Shown one piece after another: positions 9,290-18,647 of a DNA stretch of 64,000 nt; the stretch's first letter is position 1, and each line of letters begins with the position of its first letter. The stretch covers positions 12,554-76,553 of the forward strand of contig CAYSSX010000003.1 in assembly GCA_964434115.1 (NCBI GenBank). Reading direction: 5' to 3'. The DNA is from an uncultured bacterium (GTDB taxonomy: Bacteria > Omnitrophota > Omnitrophia > Omnitrophales > Aquincolibacteriaceae). Under the pieces are notes generated by a model, which saw only the letters and a list, made by a program, of their open reading frames with translations, was not told the DNA's origin and searched no databases. Both the position numbers and the translations under genes were made by a program.

Positions 9290-10261
9290 ATGAGCACAGC
9301 GCTTCTTTATGATGAAATTTACCTTTCCCATGACGCGGGGGCGCATCACCCTGAACGTCCGGAACGGCTTTCCGGGACGTACTCGCATCTTCAAAAGCAG
9401 AAATGGTTTAGGTCGCTTAAACTCCTGAAGCCCTCATCCGCACAAGAGCCCTGGATCCAGACGATCCATAGCGCGGAATACATAGCCCGGGTCTCCGAAG
9501 CCTGCCGGAGGGGCTATTCGAGCATCGATACTCCGGACGTAGGAATTTGTAAGCGGTCTTTTGAAATCGCGAAGCTCGCGGCGGGGGGTGCCTTGACTCT
9601 GGCAGACGCCCTGATGAAAGGGGAAATTGAAAACGGTTTCGCTCTTTTGCGTCCGCCGGGCCACCACGCGGAGCAGGATTTTGCCATGGGGTTTTGTCTT
9701 TTTAATAATGTTGCGATCCTTGCAAGGTACTTGCAGAAAAAGCACGGCCTTGAAAAAATCCTTATTCTTGATTGGGATGTGCACCACGGCAACGGTACCC
9801 AGCACGCGTTTGAAGAAGACCCGTCTGTTTTTTATGTCAGTCTTCATCAGTACCCCTTTTATCCGGGAACGGGCGGCGAGTATGAAAGCGGGCGCGGCCG
9901 TGGAGAAGGCGCAACGCTCAACTGTCCGATGGGGCAGGGGGCGCGGGATTCGGATTATGAACACGCCTTTTGTCAGAAAATTCTTCCGGCCATAGAATTT
10001 TTTAAACCGGACGCGGTGCTTGTTTCAGCGGGGTTTGATGCGCATGAGGCGGATCCCTTGGCCTCCATCAATCTCAGCACCGAATTTTTTGGGTGGATGA
10101 CGGAACGCGTGATGGAGATTGCCGCGAAGCACAGCGGCGGCCGCCTGATTTCACTGCTGGAAGGCGGCTATCACCTTGATTATCTTCCTCTTTGTACGGC
10201 GGAACACCTCCGCGTATTGATGGGCGGGAGCGCCGTAAAAATGTCCAAGCGCAGGCCTTGA
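9290..10261 (+). CDS. Histone deacetylase-family protein (acetoin utilisation AcuC / acetylpolyamine amidohydrolase-like)
   Basis: DWDVHHGNGTQ, GFCLFNNVAI and YVSLHQYPFYPGTGG are classic arginase/deacetylase-fold HDAC motifs. The start was chosen at MSTALLYDEIYLSH (ATG 9290). Confidence 0.85.
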   Translation: MSTALLYDEIYLSHDAGAHHPERPERLSGTYSHLQKQKWFRSLKLLKPSSAQEPWIQTIHSAEYIARVSEACRRGYSSIDTPDVGICKRSFEIAKLAAGGALTLADALMKGEIENGFALLRPPGHHAEQDFAMGFCLFNNVAILARYLQKKHGLEKILILDWDVHHGNGTQHAFEEDPSVFYVSLHQYPFYPGTGGEYESGRGRGEGATLNCPMGQGARDSDYEHAFCQKILPAIEFFKPDAVLVSAGFDAHEADPLASINLSTEFFGWMTERVMEIAAKHSGGRLISLLEGGYHLDYLPLCTAEHLRVLMGGSAVKMSKRRP

Positions 10262-10303
10262 AGCCATTCCTTGAATGCATTACAATGCGCGGACGGAGAA
10301 AAA

Positions 10304-10843
10304 ATGAAATTCACACCGCTTGAAATTCCAGGACTTATCTTGATTGAGCCGCGTCTTTTTCCGGACGCGCGCGGGTTTTTTTATGAATCCTACCGCACGG
10401 ACTTATTCGCCCAGAACGGAATCAAGGATACCTTTATTCAGGATAACCACAGCCGTTCTTCCAAAGGTGCTTTGCGCGGGCTTCACTTTCAGGTGGACCC
10501 GATGGCTCAGGGAAAACTGGTGCGTGTGATCCGGGGTTCGGTGTTTGATGTTGCCGTCGATCTCCGGCCGGGTTCAAAAACCTACGGCAAGCATGCCTCG
10601 CTCGTGCTGAGCGCGGAAAATAAAAAGATGCTTTATGTGCCTGCGGGATTTGCTCACGGGTTTTGCGTGCTGGAAGATGACACGGAATTTCTTTACAAGG
10701 TCACGAACTTTTATTCGGCGGCGCATGAACGGGGGATTCTCTGGAGTGATCCGGATCTCGGTATCGCGTGGCCTAATCTTGGAACCCTTATTCTCTCCGA
10801 CAAAGACAAGAAGTATCCCCGCCTGAAAGATTTTAAGAATTAA
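10304..10843 (+). CDS. rmlC: dTDP-4-dehydrorhamnose 3,5-epimerase
   Basis: MKFTPLEIPGLILIEPRLFPDARGFFYESY..HFQ..KLVRVIRGSVFDVAVDLR is the typical RmlC cupin. The start at ATG 10304 has GGAG 5 nt upstream. Confidence 0.85.
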   Translation: MKFTPLEIPGLILIEPRLFPDARGFFYESYRTDLFAQNGIKDTFIQDNHSRSSKGALRGLHFQVDPMAQGKLVRVIRGSVFDVAVDLRPGSKTYGKHASLVLSAENKKMLYVPAGFAHGFCVLEDDTEFLYKVTNFYSAAHERGILWSDPDLGIAWPNLGTLILSDKDKKYPRLKDFKN

Positions 10844-11859
10844 TCGTCGATTCCCGGACGGCTGAGGTTGAGAATGCGCTGGATGAGCTGGGGAAATTCA
10901 AGCCCTGCCTTTGCCGCGGACTGCGCGAAATCCTCTTCCGCGGCAAGCATCGGGTTCGGGTTGGCTTCGATGAAGACGAGATCTCCGGAAGAGGTCAAAC
11001 GCATATCAAGCCGCGCGTACCCTTTAATGGAAAGAAGCTGATAGATTTTTTTCGAGACCTTTTCGATTTTGGCGAGCGCGCCATTGACCAGGGTCCCCGC
11101 GAACTGGTTTTTAATGCCCCATTTCTTCCGGTAATTCTCATCCCATTTGGCTTTGTAAGTCGCGACCTTTGGCTCATCTTCGGGAACTTCGTTGAAACGG
11201 ATTTCCCTGACCGGAAAAATCTCAAGACGTTTGTTCCCGAGCAGGCTCACATAAAGTTCCCGGCCGTCGATGTATTCTTCCGCGATCACGTCCTGGTCCA
11301 TTGTTTCGTGTATGAACTGGACGCGTTCCTTGAGCTGTTCATCATTTTCCACGAAAGACGCCTGCGCGATGCCTAGGGAGGCCTCTTCTTTCAGAGGCTT
11401 TACAAAAATGGGGAAGTTGAGGTTCCTCGGGCGTTTGACGGCTTTTTTGCGGAGGAAGATCGCGAAGTCAGGAACCCGGATTCGGTGAAAACTCAGGATC
11501 TCTTTCGAGAGGCCCTTGTTTTTACACAGCGTCATGCCCGTGGGGCCGCAGCCGGTAAAAGGAATGCCGATGAGTTTTAACAAAGACGCGATATCGCGGT
11601 CATGCGCCGAGTCATGCTTGAAACGTTCGACGAGATTGAAGATAACGGTCGGCTGGAACTGCTTGATTTTCTCGAAGAGGATTTCCGTGTCGTCGAAAAG
11701 ACCGAGCGGGGCGGCGGTGTGGCCCAGCTGACCGAGAGCCTTCAGGATGTCGGCCTCGGTCTCCCAGTCTTTTTTTTTCAGGTCTTCAGTATAGTCCTGA
11801 TCAAGGGTGGTGGGACCTTCCGCGTTGAACAGGACAAGAACTTTTTCCGCTTTGCTCAT
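10840..11859 (-). CDS. ATP-grasp family ligase (D-Ala-D-Ala-ligase-like)
   Basis: The C-terminal half (EYIDGRELYVSLLGN..ARLDMRLTSSGDLVFIEANPNP) is a typical ATP-grasp fold. Its start overlaps the stop of the upstream HExxH gene in an ATGA arrangement. Confidence 0.7.
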   Translation of the reverse strand: MSKAEKVLVLFNAEGPTTLDQDYTEDLKKKDWETEADILKALGQLGHTAAPLGLFDDTEILFEKIKQFQPTVIFNLVERFKHDSAHDRDIASLLKLIGIPFTGCGPTGMTLCKNKGLSKEILSFHRIRVPDFAIFLRKKAVKRPRNLNFPIFVKPLKEEASLGIAQASFVENDEQLKERVQFIHETMDQDVIAEEYIDGRELYVSLLGNKRLEIFPVREIRFNEVPEDEPKVATYKAKWDENYRKKWGIKNQFAGTLVNGALAKIEKVSKKIYQLLSIKGYARLDMRLTSSGDLVFIEANPNPMLAAEEDFAQSAAKAGLEFPQLIQRILNLSRPGIDD

Positions 11860-12881
11860 TTGGAGCGCTTAAATTTCCCCGTAAAAAGGTGATTGCTGAT
11901 CAGCGTTGTGATGTAAGCCGCGATTTCAAAGTCTGTTTGATGATCGTCCTTCCGGGCATAAAGATTGAGCGCGTCGCAGCGATTAATGAGATTGCGGATG
12001 AGTTTGTCGACGGTGAATTTCTTTTCCCGGGTCCACCGCGCGACCGGCGCGAGGATGCGCTCATGATTATCGCGGAGATAGCGGGAGGCTTTGCGGCTGC
12101 CGCGTTCTTCGGGAACGGCGGTAAAAACGGTCTTTAAGTTGTTGTCGTGAAAATCAGGATAGTCCTCTTCGAAGAGTTTCTTTTTACGTTTGAAATAGGT
12201 CTTGAGACGGATCGACAGTCCCGCGAATTGTTTGAGATCCGCGGCGGGTGTCACGGCGGGAGGTTTTCCCGCGAGCGATTTCATCAGCGTGTCCACGTAC
12301 TCGAGTTTTTCCAGGGCTTTCCATCCGCGGAATTTTTTCCGCCAGTCAAGGCCCGGCGTGAGCCATACGGCAAAAGTTTCGGCGAAGTCTTCATCGGGAT
12401 GACTCTGGGCGTACCAGTTGTCGAGATGCGTCACGAAGGCGCGGCTGTACGGACGGGGGCGATAGGTGTCGCGGTACTCTTCGGCCGCGGAACCAAAAAG
12501 TTCGCGCCACTGTTTTTTCTTAAACAGGTTATACGCGTAGGAGTAAGCATGGCCGGTTTCATGGCGCATGAGTTTCATAAAATCTTTTTTTGTGCCGCCT
12601 TCCACTTCGAGGATGATTTTCTTTTCGAGGCGGCGCAGGCGCGGATGAGAGAGATAAAAAGGAACGCCGATCGCAGGGACGCCCACGGGACAAAACCATT
12701 CATCGGCCAGAAAACAGGGCGGCTCAAAAGCTAGGCCTTTCGCGCGCAATTCTTCATAGAGCATCTGGATCAAGGGTTCCAAAGCCGAACCGGAGATCGC
12801 GAGTTTCAGGTCCTGAATGCGTTTTTCGAAGAGGGCGTTTTCGGCAAGACGGCGCCAGTCGGGGTTTTCCATGGGCGGCAT
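11856..12881 (-). CDS. Putative zinc-dependent metallopeptidase (HExxH), hypothetical
   Basis: The translation contains MRHETGHAYSYAY (HExxH), and a conserved Glu further downstream (DEDFAETFAVW) could be a third zinc ligand. It is translationally coupled to the ATP-grasp gene. Confidence 0.55.
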   Translation of the reverse strand: MPPMENPDWRRLAENALFEKRIQDLKLAISGSALEPLIQMLYEELRAKGLAFEPPCFLADEWFCPVGVPAIGVPFYLSHPRLRRLEKKIILEVEGGTKKDFMKLMRHETGHAYSYAYNLFKKKQWRELFGSAAEEYRDTYRPRPYSRAFVTHLDNWYAQSHPDEDFAETFAVWLTPGLDWRKKFRGWKALEKLEYVDTLMKSLAGKPPAVTPAADLKQFAGLSIRLKTYFKRKKKLFEEDYPDFHDNNLKTVFTAVPEERGSRKASRYLRDNHERILAPVARWTREKKFTVDKLIRNLINRCDALNLYARKDDHQTDFEIAAYITTLISNHLFTGKFKRSK

Positions 12882-12895
12882 TATAACACGGGCTT

Positions 12896-13651
12896 CTAGC
12901 TTGACGGGGCGGCGAGCTTTTCGGAAAGAGCGGAAAAGAATGGGCCCAGTTCCGTATGGATGACGCGGTCGGCCAGGCTGTCGATCGGGGTGGGTTCCCG
13001 GTTAATGATAAAGACTTTGGCCCGGGCGCGCTTGGCATACCGGGGCAGGGAGGCTGCGGGCTCTACGACCAGGGAAGAACCGATGCAAAGAAGAAGGCCG
13101 GTTTGCTGGACCCAATCCACGGCCTGATGCAGGGTCCCTGGATCAAGCGCCTGCCCAAAGGAAATGGTGTTGGGTTTTAAAAGGCCCTCGCAGGCGGGAC
13201 AGAGGGGACACTCCCCGGTTTGTGTAAAATGTTCAAGAGCTGGTTCGATGGGGGCGGTCTTGCCGCATTCCAGACAAATCGTTTCCAGTGTGGTGCCGTG
13301 GATTTCAACGATGCTGCGGCTTCCGGCACGCGCGTGAAGGCCGTCGATGTTCTGGGTGATGATGCCTTTCAAGAGGCCGAGGTCTTCAAGCTGTTTTAAG
13401 GTAGTGTGAACAGGTCCGGGCCGGGCATCACGAACCGCGGGGTAAACTTCTTTTTTTCTCCGCCAGTATTCGATGCGGGAATCTTTACAAGTTAGGAATT
13501 CCTGAAAGGTGATGGGGTGATAGCGGTCCCACAAGCCGCCTTGTGAGCGGTAATCCGGAATTCCGGAATCCGTGGACACACCGGCTCCGGTGAGGGCCAC
13601 GGCCCCGGTTTTGAGCAATTCCTCAAGAAGGGCATTGATTTCATCGGTCAT
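12896..13651 (-). CDS. cobB: NAD-dependent protein deacylase, Sir2 family
   Basis: GAGVSTDSGIPDYR, GIITQNIDGLH and the C..C...C..C zinc ribbon (CLECG...CPLCPAC) are present. Confidence 0.85.
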   Translation of the reverse strand: MTDEINALLEELLKTGAVALTGAGVSTDSGIPDYRSQGGLWDRYHPITFQEFLTCKDSRIEYWRRKKEVYPAVRDARPGPVHTTLKQLEDLGLLKGIITQNIDGLHARAGSRSIVEIHGTTLETICLECGKTAPIEPALEHFTQTGECPLCPACEGLLKPNTISFGQALDPGTLHQAVDWVQQTGLLLCIGSSLVVEPAASLPRYAKRARAKVFIINREPTPIDSLADRVIHTELGPFFSALSEKLAAPSS

Positions 13652-13699
13652 TCGTGAGACATAATAGCAAAATTAAACACACATAACCCGGAAAGTCTT

Positions 13700-14971
13700 A
13701 TGACAGAACCCCTGCCTTACCTGACGTCCGATATTGCCCCTATCGCCTTTACGATCCGTGCTGTGCCTCAGGATTTCCGGGTGGAGGAGATTCCCGCGTA
13801 CACGCCGAGCGGCGAGGGTGATCATGTCTACATCACCATTGAGAAACAGGGGCTTTCCACCATGGAAGCCGTCCGGAGAATCGGAAAAAGCGTGGGGCTT
13901 ACGCCCAGTCAATTCGGATACGCGGGCCTGAAAGACGCGCGCGCGGTGACGGTTCAGACCCTGAGTGTTGAACATTTTGACCCGGAAAGACTGCAGGGTC
14001 TGGATTTGGAAAACATCCGGATTCTTTCGGTGGCAAGGCACCGTAATAAACTTAAAACCGGGCATTTGCATGGCAACCGGTTTGTTCTGAAACTGCGCGG
14101 GCTTGATCCTGCGCGGCTCAAAGATTTTTCGGAGATTCTGAATCGGCTTGTCACGAAAGGCACGCCGAATTATTTTGGAAGTCAGCGTTTCGGCATGCGC
14201 GGCGATACCTGGCAGACCGGACAGGCGCTGTTGAAACAGGATTATGAACTGGCCGCGCGTTTAATGGCCGGGACCCCGGGACCGAAGGATCAGGGGCGTA
14301 TTCTTGAAGCCAGGGAAGCCTTTATGAAAGGGGAATACAGCCGTTCTGCCGGACTTTGGCCGGGCGCGATGTTCTACTGTGCCGTGCTTTGCCGCCTGCT
14401 GGCCGCGCATCCCCAAAATTTCCGCAGGGCCGTGCGCTCGATTGATAAAAAAATACTGAAATTCCATGTCTCCGCGTTTCAATCAAAGCTTTTCAATGAT
14501 ATGCTTGCTTCCCGGATTTCCTCATTGGAGCAGGTGTTCAAAGGCGACTGGGCGGTGAAGCACGCGAGCGGCGGCATGTTTCTTGTGGAAAGCGAAGAGA
14601 CAGAAAATCCAAGAGCCGGAAACTTTGAAATATCCGCAGCCCTGCCGCTTTTTGGAAAAAAAATCCGGCCCACATCCGGCGAGCCCGAAAAAAGAGAAGA
14701 AGAAATTTTAAAGCTCTACGGAGTGAACCGCGCCGATTTCGAACAGGAGGGCTTGCTGAACTGTGAAGGCGACAGAAGGCCCGTCCGTTTCAAGCCCGAA
14801 GAACTTTCCTGGGAGCAAGGCCGGGATGACGCCGGTGATTACGTGGAATTGAAGGTGACCCTTCCGGCAGGATGCTACGCGACTGTTTTTCTCCGCGAAA
14901 TTGCTAAAGGCGAAATGCACGAAATCCTGTCCTCCGCGGCGGCGGAGAATTTCGCTGCCGATCAGGGGTAA
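13700..14971 (+). CDS. truD: tRNA pseudouridine(13) synthase
   Basis: The TruD-like N-terminus (IRAVPQDFRVEEIP) and YAGLKDARAVTVQ (catalytic Asp motif GxKD) are present. Confidence 0.75.
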   Translation: MTEPLPYLTSDIAPIAFTIRAVPQDFRVEEIPAYTPSGEGDHVYITIEKQGLSTMEAVRRIGKSVGLTPSQFGYAGLKDARAVTVQTLSVEHFDPERLQGLDLENIRILSVARHRNKLKTGHLHGNRFVLKLRGLDPARLKDFSEILNRLVTKGTPNYFGSQRFGMRGDTWQTGQALLKQDYELAARLMAGTPGPKDQGRILEAREAFMKGEYSRSAGLWPGAMFYCAVLCRLLAAHPQNFRRAVRSIDKKILKFHVSAFQSKLFNDMLASRISSLEQVFKGDWAVKHASGGMFLVESEETENPRAGNFEISAALPLFGKKIRPTSGEPEKREEEILKLYGVNRADFEQEGLLNCEGDRRPVRFKPEELSWEQGRDDAGDYVELKVTLPAGCYATVFLREIAKGEMHEILSSAAAENFAADQG

Positions 14972-15603
14972 AGCCGTTCCCTTTTCCAGCCCGAGCTCTT
15001 CCTTCTATAAAGCAGCCGGTCATGCAGACGGCTGGAACGTCCCTGCCAGAATTCGAAAATTTCAGGTTTTAAGACATAGCCGCCCCAGGATGCCGGGCGC
15101 GGAATCACCTGTCCCCGGAACCGACGCTCAATTTCCCGGCATTGATTTTCCAAAGTTTCCCGGTTTTTCAAAGTGCGGCTTTGGTGAGAGGCCAAAGCGC
15201 CAATCTGTGACTCTCTCGGACGGGAATGAAAATAGGCCGTAGATTCCGCTGCCGGGATCTTTTTAACCAAGCCCCGGATTCTGACCTGACGCTCCATGGC
15301 GGGCCAATAAAACAGCAGGCATGCGCGGGGATTCTTCGCCAGCTGATGCCCTTTGGGGCTGTCGTAATGGGTGAAGAAGACAAAGCCTTTTTTATCAAAG
15401 TCCTTAAGCAGGACAATCCGGGCATCGGGTCCGCTTTTGTCCGCCGTTGTCAGGGTCAGGGCGTTGGGGATTTTATCGCCTGATTTCAGGGCCGCATTGA
15501 ACCAGAGGCCGAATTGGCGGAAAGGATCCCTGGACGCGGTTTTTTCAACCAACGGGACATTGGAATAATCATAACGGATCTGGCTAAGTGAGGTTTTCTT
15601 CAT
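14962..15603 (-). CDS. pdxH: Pyridoxamine 5'-phosphate oxidase
   Basis: RIVLLKDFDKKGFVFFTHYDSPKG and the C-terminal EFWQGRSSRLHDRLLY are PdxH signatures. ATG 15603 has AGGAG at optimal spacing. The longer ORF from 15732 is probably a 5' over-extension. Confidence 0.8.
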   Translation of the reverse strand: MKKTSLSQIRYDYSNVPLVEKTASRDPFRQFGLWFNAALKSGDKIPNALTLTTADKSGPDARIVLLKDFDKKGFVFFTHYDSPKGHQLAKNPRACLLFYWPAMERQVRIRGLVKKIPAAESTAYFHSRPRESQIGALASHQSRTLKNRETLENQCREIERRFRGQVIPRPASWGGYVLKPEIFEFWQGRSSRLHDRLLYRRKSSGWKRERLYP

Positions 15604-15768
15604 GCGAACTCCTTCCGGGAATGAGGGGAAGAGCGACATGATAGCATAAGCAGGCACCCCCGCCAATTGTCCGGCGCGTTCTTTTTTGTGTTCAATCCCA
15701 GGGGTTTTCGCTAGAATCGGGCCTAATTTCACCCTCTCTCAAACCATCCAATTTATTGGAGGAGACAC

Positions 15769-17202
15769 ATGCCGGGGATACTCATGATTGGGATCGCCGT
15801 CACAGTTCTTTCGGCCGGAATGGTTTTCTTTGCCCTGCGCCGCGGCGTTAAGGCAAAAGCGCCTGCTTTTGAAAAATCCCCTTTTGCCGGGGATTTTGCT
15901 CCCAATGTCCAGAACGAGCTCGCCAAACTCGCCCTTCCTAAAGATAAGATCTCCAAAACGATTCATGTCATGAGCGCTTTGGTAGACAAGGAAGTAGAGA
16001 AACGCTCAGGAGACTTCAAGCGCGAAGTGACACGCACCTATGAGCAGATGATTCAAAATAAAGACAGCGCGATCCGCAAGGCTGAGGAAAAGTTTGTCGC
16101 GATGGCTGAAGATCTTAAAACCGCGGGAAGGGCCCGCCGGCGGACCGATCATGTGGTGCGTTCTTTGGCCGAGGGCCGCGTGGTGGTGAGCCGCGAAGGC
16201 AAAGCGCTTCTGGTCAATCCCGCGGCAGAGAAAATTATTGGCCGCAGAAAAGAGGAGATCCTCGGGCACCCTGTGGCGGACCTTAAAGGGAAGCAGCAAG
16301 TTATATCCTTTGTCCGTGATTTGATGCAGTCCGAAGACGATGCTGTTTCCCTTCTTGCCGAAGATGAGGAAACCTCCCGCAAGGTCCGGAGCACTACTGC
16401 GGTTATTGAAACTGAATCCGGGGAAACCCGGGGCATGATCTCTGTTCTTCCCGAGGCGGTTCGGGAACAGGAAACAGAAGATGTTAAAACCGAATTTATT
16501 TCCAGTATTACCCATGAACTCAGGACCCCGCTGGTGTGCATCCAGAAATCCCTGTCCGCGGTGCTTGAAGGGGAGCTGGGTGAAGTCAGCACGGAGCAGA
16601 AAAAGTATCTTGAAATCGCGGATCGTAACTCCAAAAAACTTTCGGAATTTATTAATCAAATTCTTGATTTTTCACGGCTTGAATCCGGGCAAGTCAGCCT
16701 TCGCAAAACCCTTTTTCCGGCCTCAGAGCTTTTGGACGAAGTCGTCTCGAGTCTGACGCCCTGGGCCAAGGAAAAAAAGATCCAGCTTTCATGGGAGATG
16801 ATGGACCCTTCACTGGCGATGGAAGCAGACCTTGGGCGTGTCAGCCAGGTCTTGACGAACCTGACTGCCAATGCGCTTAAGTTTACTCCGGAAGGCGGCA
16901 CCGTGGTTCTTTCCGCGAATGTCGCGGGCCCCAGTGATTTTTTTATTCCGGAAATGGGTCTTAACTATGTTCAGTTTCAGGTCAAAGATAACGGGATTGG
17001 GATTCCCGCCCGCGAGATCGGTAAAATTTTCGACAAGTTTTCTCAAGGTTCCAGCGCCGCGACGGCCGGTGAAAAGGGTACGGGGCTGGGCCTTTCGATT
17101 GTGCAGGAAATTGTGCGTCTCCACCGCGGCCGCGTGTGGGTTCAAAGCGAACCGGGCAAAGGCAGCGTTTTCAGCTTCGTGCTTCCGCAGTATCAGCTTT
17201 AA
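15769..17202 (+). CDS. Sensor histidine kinase (N-terminal TM helix, PAS-like region, HisKA and HATPase)
   Basis: H-box ITHELRTPL is present, together with N/G-boxes (LTNLTANALKFT, DNGIGIP, GTGLGLSIV). Confidence 0.85.
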   Translation: MPGILMIGIAVTVLSAGMVFFALRRGVKAKAPAFEKSPFAGDFAPNVQNELAKLALPKDKISKTIHVMSALVDKEVEKRSGDFKREVTRTYEQMIQNKDSAIRKAEEKFVAMAEDLKTAGRARRRTDHVVRSLAEGRVVVSREGKALLVNPAAEKIIGRRKEEILGHPVADLKGKQQVISFVRDLMQSEDDAVSLLAEDEETSRKVRSTTAVIETESGETRGMISVLPEAVREQETEDVKTEFISSITHELRTPLVCIQKSLSAVLEGELGEVSTEQKKYLEIADRNSKKLSEFINQILDFSRLESGQVSLRKTLFPASELLDEVVSSLTPWAKEKKIQLSWEMMDPSLAMEADLGRVSQVLTNLTANALKFTPEGGTVVLSANVAGPSDFFIPEMGLNYVQFQVKDNGIGIPAREIGKIFDKFSQGSSAATAGEKGTGLGLSIVQEIVRLHRGRVWVQSEPGKGSVFSFVLPQYQL

Positions 17203-17213
17203 AGGCGCCGTGA

Positions 17214-17435
17214 GTGAAGATCTTTGTAACAGCCAAACCCAATGCGAAGAAAGAAGCCGTTGAGCGTCTTGATGACACGCATTTTCGCGTTGCGGTCAAA
17301 GCCCCGCCGGATGAAGGGAAAGCCAATGAGGCGGTTTTAAAAGCGCTGAAGAGTTACTTCGGGCTTCCCTTATCCTGTTTTTCAATCGCCTCCGGGCATA
17401 AATCAAAAAACAAGGTTATCCACGTTCAAACATGA
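17214..17435 (+). CDS. DUF167/YggU-family small protein
   Basis: This 73 aa product (KIFVTAKPNAKKEAVE...FRVAVKAPPDEGKANEAV) has the UPF0235-like pattern. It sits between the kinase and the ZIP gene, and the ZIP start overlaps its stop. Confidence 0.55.
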   Translation: MKIFVTAKPNAKKEAVERLDDTHFRVAVKAPPDEGKANEAVLKALKSYFGLPLSCFSIASGHKSKNKVIHVQT

Positions 17436-18187
17436 ATGAAGTCTGGGTCTATACCATTGTCAGTGTTCTGATTGTCAGCGCCGCTTCGCTTGTGGGTATT
17501 TTTACGCTTTCGCTCAGGCCCGACCGGCTGAAGAAAATTATTTTGTATCTCGTGAGCTTTGCTGTGGGCGCGCTTTTTGGAGACACGTTTATTCATTTGC
17601 TGCCGGAAGCCTATGAACGTCTAGGCTCGGGCATGTCAACGTCTCTCAATGTGCTCTTTGGAATTTTACTTTTTTTCCTGCTCGAAAAATTTATCCGCTG
17701 GCGGCATTGCCACATCGTGACCGATGAAGAGGAAGATCATCTTCATCCCGTAGTGACCATGAATCTTGTCGGGGACGCGGTTCATAACCTGATCGACGGC
17801 ATGATCATCGGGGTCAGTTATTCGGTGAGTATTCCGATCGGCATCACGACCACGCTGGCTGTTTTCCTCCATGAAATCCCGCAGGAGATAGGGGATTTCG
17901 GGGTTCTCTTGCACGGCGGTCTTTCCGCCCGGAAGGCCCTCTTCTATAACTTTTTGTCCGCGCTCTTCGCGCTGCTGGGGGCTGTGATTGCGCTGACCTT
18001 TGGGACCCAAGTTGAGAACCTGTCCGTGGCGCTTCTTCCGATTGCGGCAGGGGGGTTTATTTACGTTGCCGGTTCTGACCTTATTCCGGAATTGCACCAT
18101 GAGGTCAGGGCCAAAACATCGGCAGTGCAGTTCGTCATGATTGTTTTGGGCGTTGCCGTCATGGCAGCCCTCAAAATGCTGGGTTAA
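17432..18187 (+). CDS. ZIP-family divalent metal transporter (ZupT-like)
   Basis: HNLIDGMIIGVSY and FLHEIPQEIGDFGVLL are ZIP signature helices. Confidence 0.85.
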   Translation: MNEVWVYTIVSVLIVSAASLVGIFTLSLRPDRLKKIILYLVSFAVGALFGDTFIHLLPEAYERLGSGMSTSLNVLFGILLFFLLEKFIRWRHCHIVTDEEEDHLHPVVTMNLVGDAVHNLIDGMIIGVSYSVSIPIGITTTLAVFLHEIPQEIGDFGVLLHGGLSARKALFYNFLSALFALLGAVIALTFGTQVENLSVALLPIAAGGFIYVAGSDLIPELHHEVRAKTSAVQFVMIVLGVAVMAALKMLG

Positions 18188-18265
18188 GTAGAGATTTCGT
18201 TCAAAAACATTGCTTGCGGCGCATTTTAAACCGGGTAAAATACTGCCTTCCTCGCGGGGCCTTTT

Positions 18266-18616
18266 ATGAAAGCCATACTTTTAGTTTCCCACGGCAGCCG
18301 TTCCCCCCGATCCCGTCAGGAAAACATCGATTTGCTGGGACGTCTTCAAGAGAAATCAGGTATTGCCTTAGGCGAGGCGGCTTTCCTTGAAACGGATACA
18401 CCGTCGATCCCCGAGGGAATCGACCGCTGCGCGTCCCAAGGCGCCCGGGAAATCCTTGTGATGCTGAATTTTTTAAACTCAGGACGGCATGTTCTGGAAG
18501 ATATTCCGGCGCTTGTCGAAGCGGCAAAAAAGAAATACCCGGAAATCGTTTTTCGTGTGACACCCCCGGTCGGAACGCATCCGGCAATCACCGATTTGTT
18601 TTTGAGCTGGATCTAG
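18266..18616 (+). CDS. CbiX-like (small sirohydrochlorin cobaltochelatase-fold) protein
   Basis: MKAILLVSHGSRSP..ILVMLNFLNSGRHVLEDIP matches the CbiX/SirB pattern. Confidence 0.6.
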   Translation: MKAILLVSHGSRSPRSRQENIDLLGRLQEKSGIALGEAAFLETDTPSIPEGIDRCASQGAREILVMLNFLNSGRHVLEDIPALVEAAKKKYPEIVFRVTPPVGTHPAITDLFLSWI

Positions 18617-18647
18617 AAACCGAGTCAACAAGGGCATAGCCCAAAGG

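Noticed and set aside
9434-9995. ORFs 9434..9964 (-) and 9627..9995 (+) inside the deacetylase gene
   Set aside because: They are alternative-frame or antisense ORFs within the HDAC-family CDS, whose HHGNG and YPFYPGTGG motifs fix the true frame.
12147-12734. Plus-strand 195-aa ORF
   Set aside because: It is antisense to the HExxH peptidase gene, which is translationally coupled to its neighbours.
16006-16659. Minus-strand 217-aa ORF in the histidine kinase gene
   Set aside because: It is antisense to the kinase H-box/N-box region.
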